DNA of 55,393 nucleotides, taken from NCBI GenBank assembly GCA_002433065.1, contig DJHK01000010.1, positions 10,796 to 66,188 of the forward strand. Direction: 5' to 3'. The notes beneath the pieces are model-generated. The model ran no database searches and was not told where the DNA came from. It worked only from the letters and a program-made list of their open reading frames with translations. This document shows, one piece after another, positions 31,574 through 40,757 of this stretch. This DNA is from Chloroflexi bacterium UBA6622 (GTDB lineage: Bacteria; Chloroflexota; UBA11872). Positions within the stretch are counted from its first letter, which is position 1, and each line of letters opens with the position of its first letter. The position numbers and the translations under genes are program-made.

Positions 31574-32932
31574 ATGACACAGGCCTTTCTTGACGAACTC
31601 TCGAGAACCGTCGGATACGACAGGCTTATCACAGATCCAGGTCAGCTCATGGCATATGGGTATGACGCGACCATGGGTTACCGGGGTGATCCCAGAGTTG
31701 TATTACTAGCTAGCACGGAAACAGACGTAAGCCAGGCCCTGACAATCGCACTGGCTCACGGGGTTCCATGTGTACCTCGTGGAGGTGCAACAAGTCTCTC
31801 TGCCGCAGTAATCCCACCCTCGGGATCCCTCGTTATCGACACAAACCAAATGCAACGTATTAAGCACTTCGATATCGATCGTCGTCGTGCGACGGTTGAA
31901 CCCGGCGTGGTCACACGTGACTTTCGTGCTTATGCAGCCCGTCGGGGCCTACTGTACCCACCAGACCCATCCTCAGAAGCAACTGCAACAATCGGGGGCA
32001 ATGTTGCAACGAACGCCGGCGGACCTTTTGCTTACAAATATGGGGTGACCCGGGACGCGATTACAGAGCTCCGCGTGGTCACACCCGCCACAGGAATCAT
32101 CGAACTCTCGCGCGGACGTGACGACGTCGTGATTGACATCATCATCGGATCCGAGGGCACCTTGGGCGTCGTCACAGAAATCGGGCTCCAGCTCAAAGCT
32201 ATGCCGGCAATCCATGCCATGCGCGCCGCTGCCTTTCCTAACGGACCAGAAGCGCTGCGAACCGTCGAAGCAATCATTAATCAAGGGGTGGTTCCGGCGA
32301 AACTAGAGTTTCTTGATGACGTCACCATCGAATCCTTAGAACGTGCCCACCCATGGGGATTCCCACGTCAGGCCGGTGGTCTGCTCCTAGCAGAATTAGA
32401 TGGCGACGAGTCAGAAGTAGCCGCCGCGACTACCCAAATTGATGCCATCCTTCAGACGTTTGGCGGCGACGTCGCCACCGTGCGCCCTGATCAAGCGGAG
32501 CGATGGTGGGACGCCCGGCGGGGGATTACAGCGTCCTTGGCCCTAATTCGTCCAGCCAAAATCGGGGAGGACATATGCGTACCACGATCGCAATTAGCCT
32601 CCACCTTCGAAAAGATCAAGGCAGCAGCCAGCGCGGCAGACGTGATCGTCGCGATATTCGGCCATGCAGCCGACGGGACGCTTCATCCAAACCTTCTTTA
32701 TGACCCTGCGGATGAAGATGAAGCAGAACGAGCCACTAATCTTCTAGCAAACGTCGCGGAAGCCGGCCTCGCGGCCGGTGGAATCCTGTCTGGAGAGCAC
32801 GGCCTAGGACGAGTGAAACGACCCTTCGTAAAACGTGCGTATGACCCGCACACGCTCGAGACTATGCGCCGAATAAAGAAAGCCTTCGATCCCGATGGCG
32901 TTATGAATCCTGGGGTAATGTGGCCCGATTAA
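31574..32932 (+). CDS. glcD: FAD-linked oxidase, glycolate oxidase subunit GlcD-like
   Basis: PRGG.TSL, YPPDPSS, TIGGNVATNAGG, KYGVTRD, GSEGTLG, GHAADG.LHP, SGEHG.G and FDP.G.MNPG. Confidence 0.88.
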   Translation: MTQAFLDELSRTVGYDRLITDPGQLMAYGYDATMGYRGDPRVVLLASTETDVSQALTIALAHGVPCVPRGGATSLSAAVIPPSGSLVIDTNQMQRIKHFDIDRRRATVEPGVVTRDFRAYAARRGLLYPPDPSSEATATIGGNVATNAGGPFAYKYGVTRDAITELRVVTPATGIIELSRGRDDVVIDIIIGSEGTLGVVTEIGLQLKAMPAIHAMRAAAFPNGPEALRTVEAIINQGVVPAKLEFLDDVTIESLERAHPWGFPRQAGGLLLAELDGDESEVAAATTQIDAILQTFGGDVATVRPDQAERWWDARRGITASLALIRPAKIGEDICVPRSQLASTFEKIKAAASAADVIVAIFGHAADGTLHPNLLYDPADEDEAERATNLLANVAEAGLAAGGILSGEHGLGRVKRPFVKRAYDPHTLETMRRIKKAFDPDGVMNPGVMWPD

Positions 32933-33058
32933 CCTCCCAATCGATCAGCGTTCTTTTTCTCCTGATGCGTCTCTCTTCGTCGATCCGCAAGGACACGCTT
33001 CACTTGTTCCCAAACTAATCAGAGCCAGAGTGTGTCGCATGAAGCTGTTGAGAATTGA

Positions 33059-34099
33059 TCAGGTAGCACCCTCTATATCAAGCAAAATCTTGCCGCACTC
33101 ACCACTCATAATGGTCGACATGGCGTCTTCAAAAGCGTTGAGTGAAAAGGTATGGGTCAACATCGGGTCAAGCGTTTCCCCGTGTTGCAGAAGGAACGTT
33201 TCGGTGCGGTACCAGGTATCCCAGATTAAGCGACCGGTCACCCCGTAAATATCCATTCCCCGGAATAGAACATGGTCGGCAACGCTAATTTCAACGGGAG
33301 TTGGGGGAATGCCAAGGAGTACTACCTTCCCACCATTAGCTGAAAGACGCAGTGCTTGCTGAACTGCCCGAGGATGGCCGGACATTTCAAGAGTTCTGGT
33401 GGGGCGTGACCCTAGCGCCGTGATTAACTCCTCATCACATGATTCTGAACTGGCGTCGACGGTGGCGTGAGCTCCCATAGCTAGAGCGAGATTGCGGCGA
33501 TACTCAGAAATGTCGCTGGCAACAATTGGATTGGCTCCGATCGATCGTGCCACCGCGATCGCCATTAAACCCATAGGCCCACAGCCATAAACAGCAAGGG
33601 GTTGGCCCGAAACGTCATATCGCATCGTGGCATGAACAGCGTTGCCTAACGGTTCGAAGAGCGCCGCACGAGAAAGGGGGATTCCATCCGGAACTTTCCA
33701 TGCTAGACGGCTTGGGACAGTCACAAAACTAGCGAAACCACCATTCATATCAATACCCAGAATCCGGAGGTTTTCACAAACATGCGCGTTGCCAGTCCGA
33801 CATGCGCGACATGTGCCATCGAAGACATGGCTTTCGACCGCTACGAGATCTCCTTCGGAAACATTCGCTACACTGGGTCCAAAAGACACGACTTCACCGA
33901 CAATTTCATGACCCAGAGTGACTGGTGTAGGGAAATTAAGTTCCGCCCATGCATCCCACTCATATAGATGACGATCAGAACCGCAAATACCTGCTTTCTT
34001 CACTCGCACCAATATTTCATCTGGTCCAGGCGTGGGTGGATCTATCTCGACGACCTCGACCCCACGCTGAGGTTCCGCTTTTCGTACCGCCAACATCAA
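33059..34099 (-). CDS. tdh: L-threonine 3-dehydrogenase (zinc-dependent MDR family)
   Basis: GICGSD.H.YEWD.WA, GHE, AVESH, EPLGNAVH, GCGPMG, EMSG and G.TGR..W.TW. Confidence 0.88.
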   Translation of the reverse strand: MMLAVRKAEPQRGVEVVEIDPPTPGPDEILVRVKKAGICGSDRHLYEWDAWAELNFPTPVTLGHEIVGEVVSFGPSVANVSEGDLVAVESHVFDGTCRACRTGNAHVCENLRILGIDMNGGFASFVTVPSRLAWKVPDGIPLSRAALFEPLGNAVHATMRYDVSGQPLAVYGCGPMGLMAIAVARSIGANPIVASDISEYRRNLALAMGAHATVDASSESCDEELITALGSRPTRTLEMSGHPRAVQQALRLSANGGKVVLLGIPPTPVEISVADHVLFRGMDIYGVTGRLIWDTWYRTETFLLQHGETLDPMLTHTFSLNAFEDAMSTIMSGECGKILLDIEGAT

Positions 34100-34200
34100 A
34101 TAACTCCTGAATCGATAATATTTCCGATCTTTCCGTTTTTCTGTCTATGCATGACTGGCAACAAAGACCCCTAACTCAACTAAGGCTCCGGCAACGTACT

Positions 34201-34231
34201 TGAGGCCGCAGCCCTGTGGGCTGCGGCCTCA
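34201..34231. terminator. Perfect GC-rich hairpin downstream of amt
   Basis: TGAGGCCGCAGCCC-TGT-GGGCTGCGGCCTCA, a 14-bp stem 27 nt past the amt stop. No clear U-tract on the amt strand, so it may be a stabiliser rather than a classical terminator. Confidence 0.65.
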
Positions 34232-34258
34232 TCGTACGAATCTTTTCTCTATCGAAAG

Positions 34259-35689
34259 CTAAGCCGTCTGCGGCTCACCTTCATCGACCGGATACGCTTC
34301 TTCGCCATGCTCGGGCACGTCGAGGCCGGAAATTTCTTCCTCCTCCGTCGCTCGCAAACCAATCGTTGCCTTGAGTACCCGGAACAGGATTAAACCCATC
34401 CCAAGCCCCCACACAACTGCAACCGCTGCCGCAATTACCTGCGCCAAGAGCTGAGAAGCATTCCCCGCGATTAGACCACTCACCCCGTAGGTGCCATCCG
34501 CAAAAATACCGACAGCTAATAGACCCCACACACCCGCAACCCCATGAACCGACGACGCCCCAACGGGATCATCAATCTTGAGTTTGGTGTCGATGATGGA
34601 CACGCCTAACAACATAACGAGGGCACCAATCGCGCCGACGACAACAGCCGCCCATGGGGCGATAAACGCACAGGGCGCGGTCACAGCAACCAGACCAGCC
34701 AAAGCACCATTGCACGAGTCTGCCGCACTAATTCGTCCGGTCTGTAACAGGCGCACATAGGCCGCCGTAACCGCACCGGTAGCGCCAGCCAAGAACGTGT
34801 TAGTGATGATGACGGCAATACGCAGGTTGTTACCGTTCACGGTACTTCCAGCATTAAATCCGAACCAACCGAAGAACAGAATGAAGGTGCCGATAACCAC
34901 GTACAACATGTTGTGGCCTTTTATCTTGCGCACCTCACCATTCGGTCCGTACTTGCCAAGCCGCGCACCAACTGTTGCAGCCCCGGCCAAAGCCAGCATC
35001 CCACCGATCGTGTGTACAACACCAGACCCCGCAAAATCGACCGCCGCTGCACCAATCCAACTCTCAAGCTGTTCGCCGCCGAGCCAGCCATCGCCCCACA
35101 TCCAGTGTCCATAGATCGGATATACGATGGCGGTCACAAGAAAGCTGTATGCCAAATAGGCGGTCACGCGAGTACGTTCGGCCATCGCGCCTGCGACAAT
35201 CGTCGCGGTTGTGGCTGCAAACACCATTTGGAAGAACCAAAACATCGCAGTCGATACGTCGTAGGCCGCGGTTGTCAGAAAGAATCCTGAGTAACCAATG
35301 ATCGCGTTGCCCTCAGCAAGCCCAGGAAACATATCCGACCCCCCGAACATGAAGGCAAATCCGAAGGCCCAAAACGACAATCCGCCCGCAGCAAAGTCGA
35401 GGATGTTCTTAGTCAAATAGTTAACAGTGTTCTTGGCCCGAATCAGGCCGGCACCCAGAAAAGCAAATCCTGCCTGCATAAAAAAGACCAGGGCTCCGGC
35501 CATCAGGGTCCAAACGAATGTAACCCCCGCTGAGGGATCAGCAGCAATCGTGGCTTCGCCTGAGGGATCAGCCTGAGCGAAAACAACACCGCGCACAATT
35601 AGGGCGACGGCTAAGGCCAATATCGTGGCCGTGGAGATGCGAAGAAGGGTCACCCACCGAGGTGACCCGCGAGTCCAAACAAGTGACAT
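34259..35689 (-). CDS. amt: Ammonium transporter
   Basis: FFMQAGF, FQMVFAAT, GAMAER, DFAGSGVVH, GWFGFNAGS, NGALAGLVAVT and DDPVGA..VHG; AGGAG RBS. Confidence 0.97.
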   Translation of the reverse strand: MSLVWTRGSPRWVTLLRISTATILALAVALIVRGVVFAQADPSGEATIAADPSAGVTFVWTLMAGALVFFMQAGFAFLGAGLIRAKNTVNYLTKNILDFAAGGLSFWAFGFAFMFGGSDMFPGLAEGNAIIGYSGFFLTTAAYDVSTAMFWFFQMVFAATTATIVAGAMAERTRVTAYLAYSFLVTAIVYPIYGHWMWGDGWLGGEQLESWIGAAAVDFAGSGVVHTIGGMLALAGAATVGARLGKYGPNGEVRKIKGHNMLYVVIGTFILFFGWFGFNAGSTVNGNNLRIAVIITNTFLAGATGAVTAAYVRLLQTGRISAADSCNGALAGLVAVTAPCAFIAPWAAVVVGAIGALVMLLGVSIIDTKLKIDDPVGASSVHGVAGVWGLLAVGIFADGTYGVSGLIAGNASQLLAQVIAAAVAVVWGLGMGLILFRVLKATIGLRATEEEEISGLDVPEHGEEAYPVDEGEPQTA

Positions 35690-35944
35690 GGTGGCGTTCT
35701 CCTATAGTCAATCCAGAGTGAAGTATTGATCTTCATCTCCGGGCGTCGTCGCTCGGAGGCCGCTCACTGCCACGATTATCTTTTTTGGGTGCTCCACCGG
35801 ACCTGCCGTGGCAACTCATGGTTCGGGGTGCCCTGCGAGAATTCCACATCGATTCCCGCGTTACTGGTTTACATGTCTGGATCCGCGATTAGACAAAAGC
35901 CGAATGCCTTAGCGTAGCGCGTTCTCCCATCAACCGTGAAATTG

Positions 35945-36751
35945 CTACATCACAAGATCTTCACCACCATCCGTACCTATGACATTCCCAGAGATCCATC
36001 CAGCATCCGCCACCGTCAACGATGCAATCGCACGAGCAACGTCTTCTGTTGTCGTCAACCGTCCAGCCGGGTTCATCTGCTTCGCTTGCCCCAGCATCTC
36101 TTCATGGCCGGGGATTTTTCGGAGTGCCGGAGTGTCGGTGACACCAGCCCGAATCGCATTAGCGCTAACACCGTATGGGGCAAGTTCCACTGCCAGTTGA
36201 CGAATATGTTGCTCTAGCGCGGCTTTTGCAGCACCGACCGGGCCATAGCTCGGCCAGATCGTCGTTGTGCCCGCACTCGTCATAGCGTAAATCCGGGAGC
36301 CGCTTCCCAGAAAGGCCCGAGACATCAGATCCTGCGCCCAATACACGAGCGAATGCGCCATAAGATCCAAGGTCATATCCATTTGTTTTGGCGTCACGCC
36401 CTGTCCATTTTCAGCTCCCACATATGGAACCGTCGTCCCAAACGCAATGGAATGCATCAGGACTCGAATCGGAGGGGCATCACCGGTGATCTCATCACCG
36501 ACCGCGTCCAAAACAGCCGTTCGAGCATCCGCATCACCAGCATTGACATTAAAGAAACGCGCACGACGACCGCTCGCCTCAATATCCTCCCGCACTGCAT
36601 CCGCCATTGGTTGCGTATTGCGTCGATCCAAGTGAACCCCAATAACATCCATTCCACAGACAGCGAGATAGCGGGCCGTTGCCGCACCAAAACCACTTGA
36701 GGCGCCTAGTACCAGCGCCCAGCCCTCTAACTGTGGCCGTGAGTCACCCAT
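35945..36751 (-). CDS. Enoyl-ACP reductase-like SDR (FabI/FabL type)
   Basis: LGASSGFG, HSIAF, YGPVGAAK (Yx6K) and AGVTDTPAL. Confidence 0.85.
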   Translation of the reverse strand: MGDSRPQLEGWALVLGASSGFGAATARYLAVCGMDVIGVHLDRRNTQPMADAVREDIEASGRRARFFNVNAGDADARTAVLDAVGDEITGDAPPIRVLMHSIAFGTTVPYVGAENGQGVTPKQMDMTLDLMAHSLVYWAQDLMSRAFLGSGSRIYAMTSAGTTTIWPSYGPVGAAKAALEQHIRQLAVELAPYGVSANAIRAGVTDTPALRKIPGHEEMLGQAKQMNPAGRLTTTEDVARAIASLTVADAGWISGNVIGTDGGEDLVM

Positions 36752-36835
36752 AGTGTCTCCATTACTTGTCCTACAAGAGCATCCTAGCGTGGAACACTAG
36801 TTGACGCGGACATGCCAGCGCTGGAAATTTAGACC

Positions 36836-37849
36836 ATGCAGACTTCACGCGTGGGAATTATTGGTTGCGGAAGCCTTGGTCGGGCCTTTTGCACCACTGT
36901 TGCAGGCATGAAAAATGCCGATCTAGCTCTCTGCGTAGATCGCGATATCAACACGGCCACGATTTGTGCTCATGATTTTGCCACCACGGCAGATACCTCG
37001 TGGGAAAGCCATTCCCTTGATGCACTTGTTGTTACATCTCCTATCGAATCCCATGCCGAAGCAGCATTGGAGGCCATACGAGTTGGCATCCCTACCCTTC
37101 TTGATCCGCCAATCGCGTTGGGAGTAGCCGAAGCTCGGCGCCTAGTGCGACTAGCCCACGAATCCAAGGCCACCCTGCACATGGCATTTCCCTTGCGTTA
37201 CACCCCTTTAGTTGCCCTAGTGCATCGCATCATGCCCGCTCCGGTTTTCGGACACATATACGTCGCAAGTTCAGGGAACGGGTTGGATCTAGAGCGCGGT
37301 GACTCCGTCATACCCAATAGAGCCTTATGGCAAGCTCCCCACCACGCACTCGACTTGGCCACCTACTTATTTAACGATTCGCCTGCCGAAATCATTGCAG
37401 ACGGCGGGGCATCGAAAAACAGCCTTCTTGATCATCCGAATTCACTGACGGCTGATCTCCTGTTTGACGACGGTCGCCATTTTGCTCTTACCGCGACAAC
37501 CACCACACCTAACAACGAACTAGGGAACGTCACGTTGGACATCACCGACGGCCACACACGCATATCCCTCTGGTCAGACTGGACCAGAGGGGAAATCCGT
37601 TTTCTTAACGGCCATCAACAAACCCTCACTTCGCCTGACGGAATTACATTCCGACACGATGGTGATGCAATCATTGCGTCTAACGACCCAAACACCCAGC
37701 CTTTAGAACACATGGTCGAAGCGTTAGTCGGAACCAAATCTGAAAATCATCTGAGTGATCCAGCAGATATCGATGCCGGCCTCCGGACGACTTTGCTCAC
37801 TCAAGCGATCCTGAGCGCGACGACTTCGGGCCAACGGCACGTTCTGTAA
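36836..37849 (+). CDS. Divergent Gfo/Idh/MocA-family oxidoreductase
   Basis: GIIGCGSLG Rossmann motif; P..SH...A..A...G pattern; the usual EKP motif reads DPP. Confidence 0.75.
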   Translation: MQTSRVGIIGCGSLGRAFCTTVAGMKNADLALCVDRDINTATICAHDFATTADTSWESHSLDALVVTSPIESHAEAALEAIRVGIPTLLDPPIALGVAEARRLVRLAHESKATLHMAFPLRYTPLVALVHRIMPAPVFGHIYVASSGNGLDLERGDSVIPNRALWQAPHHALDLATYLFNDSPAEIIADGGASKNSLLDHPNSLTADLLFDDGRHFALTATTTTPNNELGNVTLDITDGHTRISLWSDWTRGEIRFLNGHQQTLTSPDGITFRHDGDAIIASNDPNTQPLEHMVEALVGTKSENHLSDPADIDAGLRTTLLTQAILSATTSGQRHVL

Positions 37850-37859
37850 AACGGGCCTT

Positions 37860-38537
37860 ATGGAACCAGTACCGTTGACCGGTCCGTCCGCCCCATCAGG
37901 ACACAAGAAACCTGATTTGGAAGACAGGCAGAGAATCGGTCTTTACGGCGGCACCTTCGACCCTATTCACTTTGGCCACCTTGCCGTCGCTCGGGATGTC
38001 CAGGCCCAGTTTGGACTGGACCAAGTGCTTTTTATTCCGGCTGCCCAATCTCCGTTTCGGAATCCACCGATCGCTAGCAGCAAACATCGACTTGCGATGG
38101 TTCAACTTGCCGTGGCGGACACAGAAATCTTTCGCGCATCAGCGATCGACATTCAGCGATCTGGGCCATCGTTCATGATCGACACCGTTGAAACAATTTC
38201 AGCTCAACACCCCAAATGGGACCTTTTCATACTCATCGGTGCAGACGCGTTCCGTGAACTACCAGCCTGGCGAAGATCAGGAGATCTCCTAAAATCCGCA
38301 ACTTTTATTGTTGTGCCACGATCGTCATTTAGCACCACGATTCCTGACGAACTGTCCGACCAACACTCGAGCCCCCCTGCAAACATTCATGTTCACCACA
38401 TGCCACCAATCGACATATCGGCATCAAGCATTCGTGAACAAATAGCCCAAGATCTGCCTATCGATTCTCTGGTACCAGCAACAGTCGATCGATACATTAA
38501 TTCACATCGGCTGTACCAAGAGAGTGAGAGCAGCTAG
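37860..38537 (+). CDS. nadD: Nicotinate-nucleotide adenylyltransferase
   Basis: GGTFDPIHFGH, IGAD...L..W and ISASSIRE. Confidence 0.96.
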   Translation: MEPVPLTGPSAPSGHKKPDLEDRQRIGLYGGTFDPIHFGHLAVARDVQAQFGLDQVLFIPAAQSPFRNPPIASSKHRLAMVQLAVADTEIFRASAIDIQRSGPSFMIDTVETISAQHPKWDLFILIGADAFRELPAWRRSGDLLKSATFIVVPRSSFSTTIPDELSDQHSSPPANIHVHHMPPIDISASSIREQIAQDLPIDSLVPATVDRYINSHRLYQESESS

Positions 38538-38584
38538 CCACATCCGATATGATCTGTTGACACCCACAATAGAGTTTTGAAAAT

Positions 38585-38929
38585 CTGAAGCCAATTGAAC
38601 TCGCCCGGCATATTGTTGACGAGGTAACCGCACGAGGCACGTCGGACACCATCATGCTCGACATTCGAGGGCTTACTGTGATCGCCGACTACTTTGTCCT
38701 AACCACCGTTTCGAGCTCCACGCAGATGCGAGCCGTCCGTGACAGCTTGGATCGGGAAGTTGCACAGTTCGTTGGTCGAAATCCTAGAATAGAAGGCGAA
38801 AGAACCGACGCATGGGTCTTAGCCGATTTTGGTGATGTGGTCGTACACGTGTTTTCTGAGGAAGGACGTTCTCATTTTCGAATCGAAGAGTTCTGGAATG
38901 AAGCCCCAGTCGTGCTTCATATCCAGTAG
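38585..38929 (+). CDS. rsfS: Ribosome silencing factor (Iojap/RsfS), probable CTG start
   Basis: LDIRGLTVIADYFV and WVLADFGDVVVHVF..E.R..F.IEE.W; follows nadD. The frame is open upstream of the ATG at 38654 (LKPIELARHIVDEV...) back to a TAG at 38570. Confidence 0.92.
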   Translation: MKPIELARHIVDEVTARGTSDTIMLDIRGLTVIADYFVLTTVSSSTQMRAVRDSLDREVAQFVGRNPRIEGERTDAWVLADFGDVVVHVFSEEGRSHFRIEEFWNEAPVVLHIQ

Positions 38930-38937
38930 CAACCATC

Positions 38938-39117
38938 ATGCTCCCTAGCAGATCCTTTCTAGCAGGACTACTGCTTGCGCTACCGATCGGATTCACGACC
39001 GGAATGCTCCTAGGTTTTCTTGTAACACCAGACCACATAACTAAAGTGCGCCAGCTGGTTTCCAAACGAGCACTGGGGCACGATCCCCAAGTCGACTTCG
39101 AAGCACTGCAGCAATAA
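38938..39117 (+). CDS. 59-aa small membrane protein (absent from the ORF track)
   Basis: ATG 8 nt after the rsfS stop; MLPSRSFLAGLLLALPIGFTTGMLLGFLVTPDHITKVRQLVSKRALGHDPQVDFEALQQ*; fills the gap up to the convergent Smr gene exactly. Confidence 0.65.
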   Translation: MLPSRSFLAGLLLALPIGFTTGMLLGFLVTPDHITKVRQLVSKRALGHDPQVDFEALQQ

Positions 39118-39579
39118 TCAGCTGATCCATGCCTCAAGGGTTGCAATAGTCACACCTTCGCCACCGTCAGTAGATCTCGCCATCTCAAACGCATGTACTT
39201 CTGTATGCTCGGTCAACACCTCGGCAACGACCGCCCGCAAGACGCCAGTACCCTTTCCATGAATCAACCTAACGTGCGGCGTACCGCTCCGCAGCGCATC
39301 GTCAAGACCCCGTTCTATCGCCTCGCGTGCCTCATCCGCCCGCATTCCGTGAATGTCCACATCAACAGACGTTGCAATTACGCTCGGACAGTACGTCCGG
39401 CGAGGCACCTCGTTACTGGCGGGCAACCTCCGCACAATTTGGGAGCACCTAATTTTGGTCCGGAGACTCCCTATCGCTACGACCACAATGTCATCCATCA
39501 CCCCAATGACACGAGCCCGCACTGAGTAACCGGAGATCTCAAGCTCGTCACCGACCACAACCTTCATGGCATCAACCAT
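39118..39579 (-). CDS. Stand-alone KOW-like plus Smr domain protein (MutS2 C-terminus-like)
   Basis: VGDELEI...V.V.IGSLRTKI (KOW-like) then VDIHGMRADEA...L and IHGKGTGVLR...GGEGVT (Smr). Confidence 0.88.
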   Translation of the reverse strand: MVDAMKVVVGDELEISGYSVRARVIGVMDDIVVVAIGSLRTKIRCSQIVRRLPASNEVPRRTYCPSVIATSVDVDIHGMRADEAREAIERGLDDALRSGTPHVRLIHGKGTGVLRAVVAEVLTEHTEVHAFEMARSTDGGEGVTIATLEAWIS

Positions 39580-39591
39580 GTTTTGCCCGGT

Positions 39592-39942
39592 TCAGCTCCT
39601 GAGACGAAATGGAGGATATTTGTCAACGAGGCAGATCAACCAGGCACTGATCCTCGTGTTGTACCGCACCACACCCACCTGAAAATTGAACAGCGCACGT
39701 GGATATTTTCCTGTGATCACCACCATCAATAAGCCAACAAAGACCGCCAGCAGCGCTACCAGCCCTACCACGTACAGAACAAAATAATGAGGAATTATGA
39801 GCACTAACTTTGGAACGATAGTTAGCGCCAGCACGGCTTGCAGACGGGAACTCCGTTCGGGATACAGCACTTCAACGTCCACGGGGTATGTTTCATCAAT
39901 CGGATAGGTATCCGTAGACCGCGTCTCCTCCTGCATAGCCAT
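39592..39942 (-). CDS. DUF4389-like membrane protein
   Basis: YPERSSRL, LIIPHY.VL, ITGKYPRALFNF.VG..R...R and DKYPPF; GAGGAG RBS. Confidence 0.85.
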   Translation of the reverse strand: MAMQEETRSTDTYPIDETYPVDVEVLYPERSSRLQAVLALTIVPKLVLIIPHYFVLYVVGLVALLAVFVGLLMVVITGKYPRALFNFQVGVVRYNTRISAWLICLVDKYPPFRLRS

Positions 39943-40011
39943 ACGCTCCTCACAGCATGTCTAGGGTCAAAGCCACAAGGGCAAGTCTAGGCGTTGCTAT
40001 TGAGGAAATCG

Positions 40012-40650
40012 CTAATTCCGTCGACTATCCAGCTTGTTTTGCAACCGACGCAACGCTTGTCCCATTCGAACATCAAGCAACTCGCGTTCCAAGATCAACA
40101 TTTCCCTGAGAGTCGGCGCCTCTAACAACCGCTGCGCCATTTGGAGATCGGACGGAACCCCGGCCGCTACAAGATATGCCAACTGAAAAACATCCTCCGG
40201 GAGATCAAACGACGGCATATATCCCGACTGAACTTCAATCATAAGCGTGACCAAGCGATCAAAACGGGCGCGGACATCCTCAGCAGCAGCCTGAGTTTCA
40301 TCAGACTGGTCCTCCTGAAGCGGCGCGAATTCCACCTCTGCCACAACCCGCGGCTCACGCGAAATAATCGAATCAATATGAAATCGTGATTCTCCCACCA
40401 CCACAATGTCCAATTGTCCACCAGGCTGTTGGTCGATCTTTGTGACACGAGCCGTTGTGCCGGTACCACAGGGCGTAGCCGCCTCACCAACTTCTTCTCC
40501 ATCAGCGATTAGCACCACGCCGAAGACTCGGTCGCTCTTGACACACTCGGCGATCATCTCCAGGTATCTCGGTTCGAAAATATGGAGTGGCAACCGCATT
40601 GCAGGAAACAGCACGGTGTTCAGCGGAAACAGATCAAGTTGCATTTGCAA
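40012..40650 (-). CDS. LON peptidase substrate-binding (N-terminal) domain protein
   Basis: LFPLNTVLFP...LPLHIFEPRY..M, FGVVLI..G.EV and G..RF.I. Confidence 0.92.
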   Translation of the reverse strand: MQMQLDLFPLNTVLFPAMRLPLHIFEPRYLEMIAECVKSDRVFGVVLIADGEEVGEAATPCGTGTTARVTKIDQQPGGQLDIVVVGESRFHIDSIISREPRVVAEVEFAPLQEDQSDETQAAAEDVRARFDRLVTLMIEVQSGYMPSFDLPEDVFQLAYLVAAGVPSDLQMAQRLLEAPTLREMLILERELLDVRMGQALRRLQNKLDSRRN

Positions 40651-40757
40651 AGTCTAGTCTGCCTTTTCCCCTCAAGAGACAGGAAAGTTGCATGTGAGGG
40701 TGACCGTAATCTAGCCTTAGACACAGTTCTATAGCTGCACAAATCCACGATTCCACG

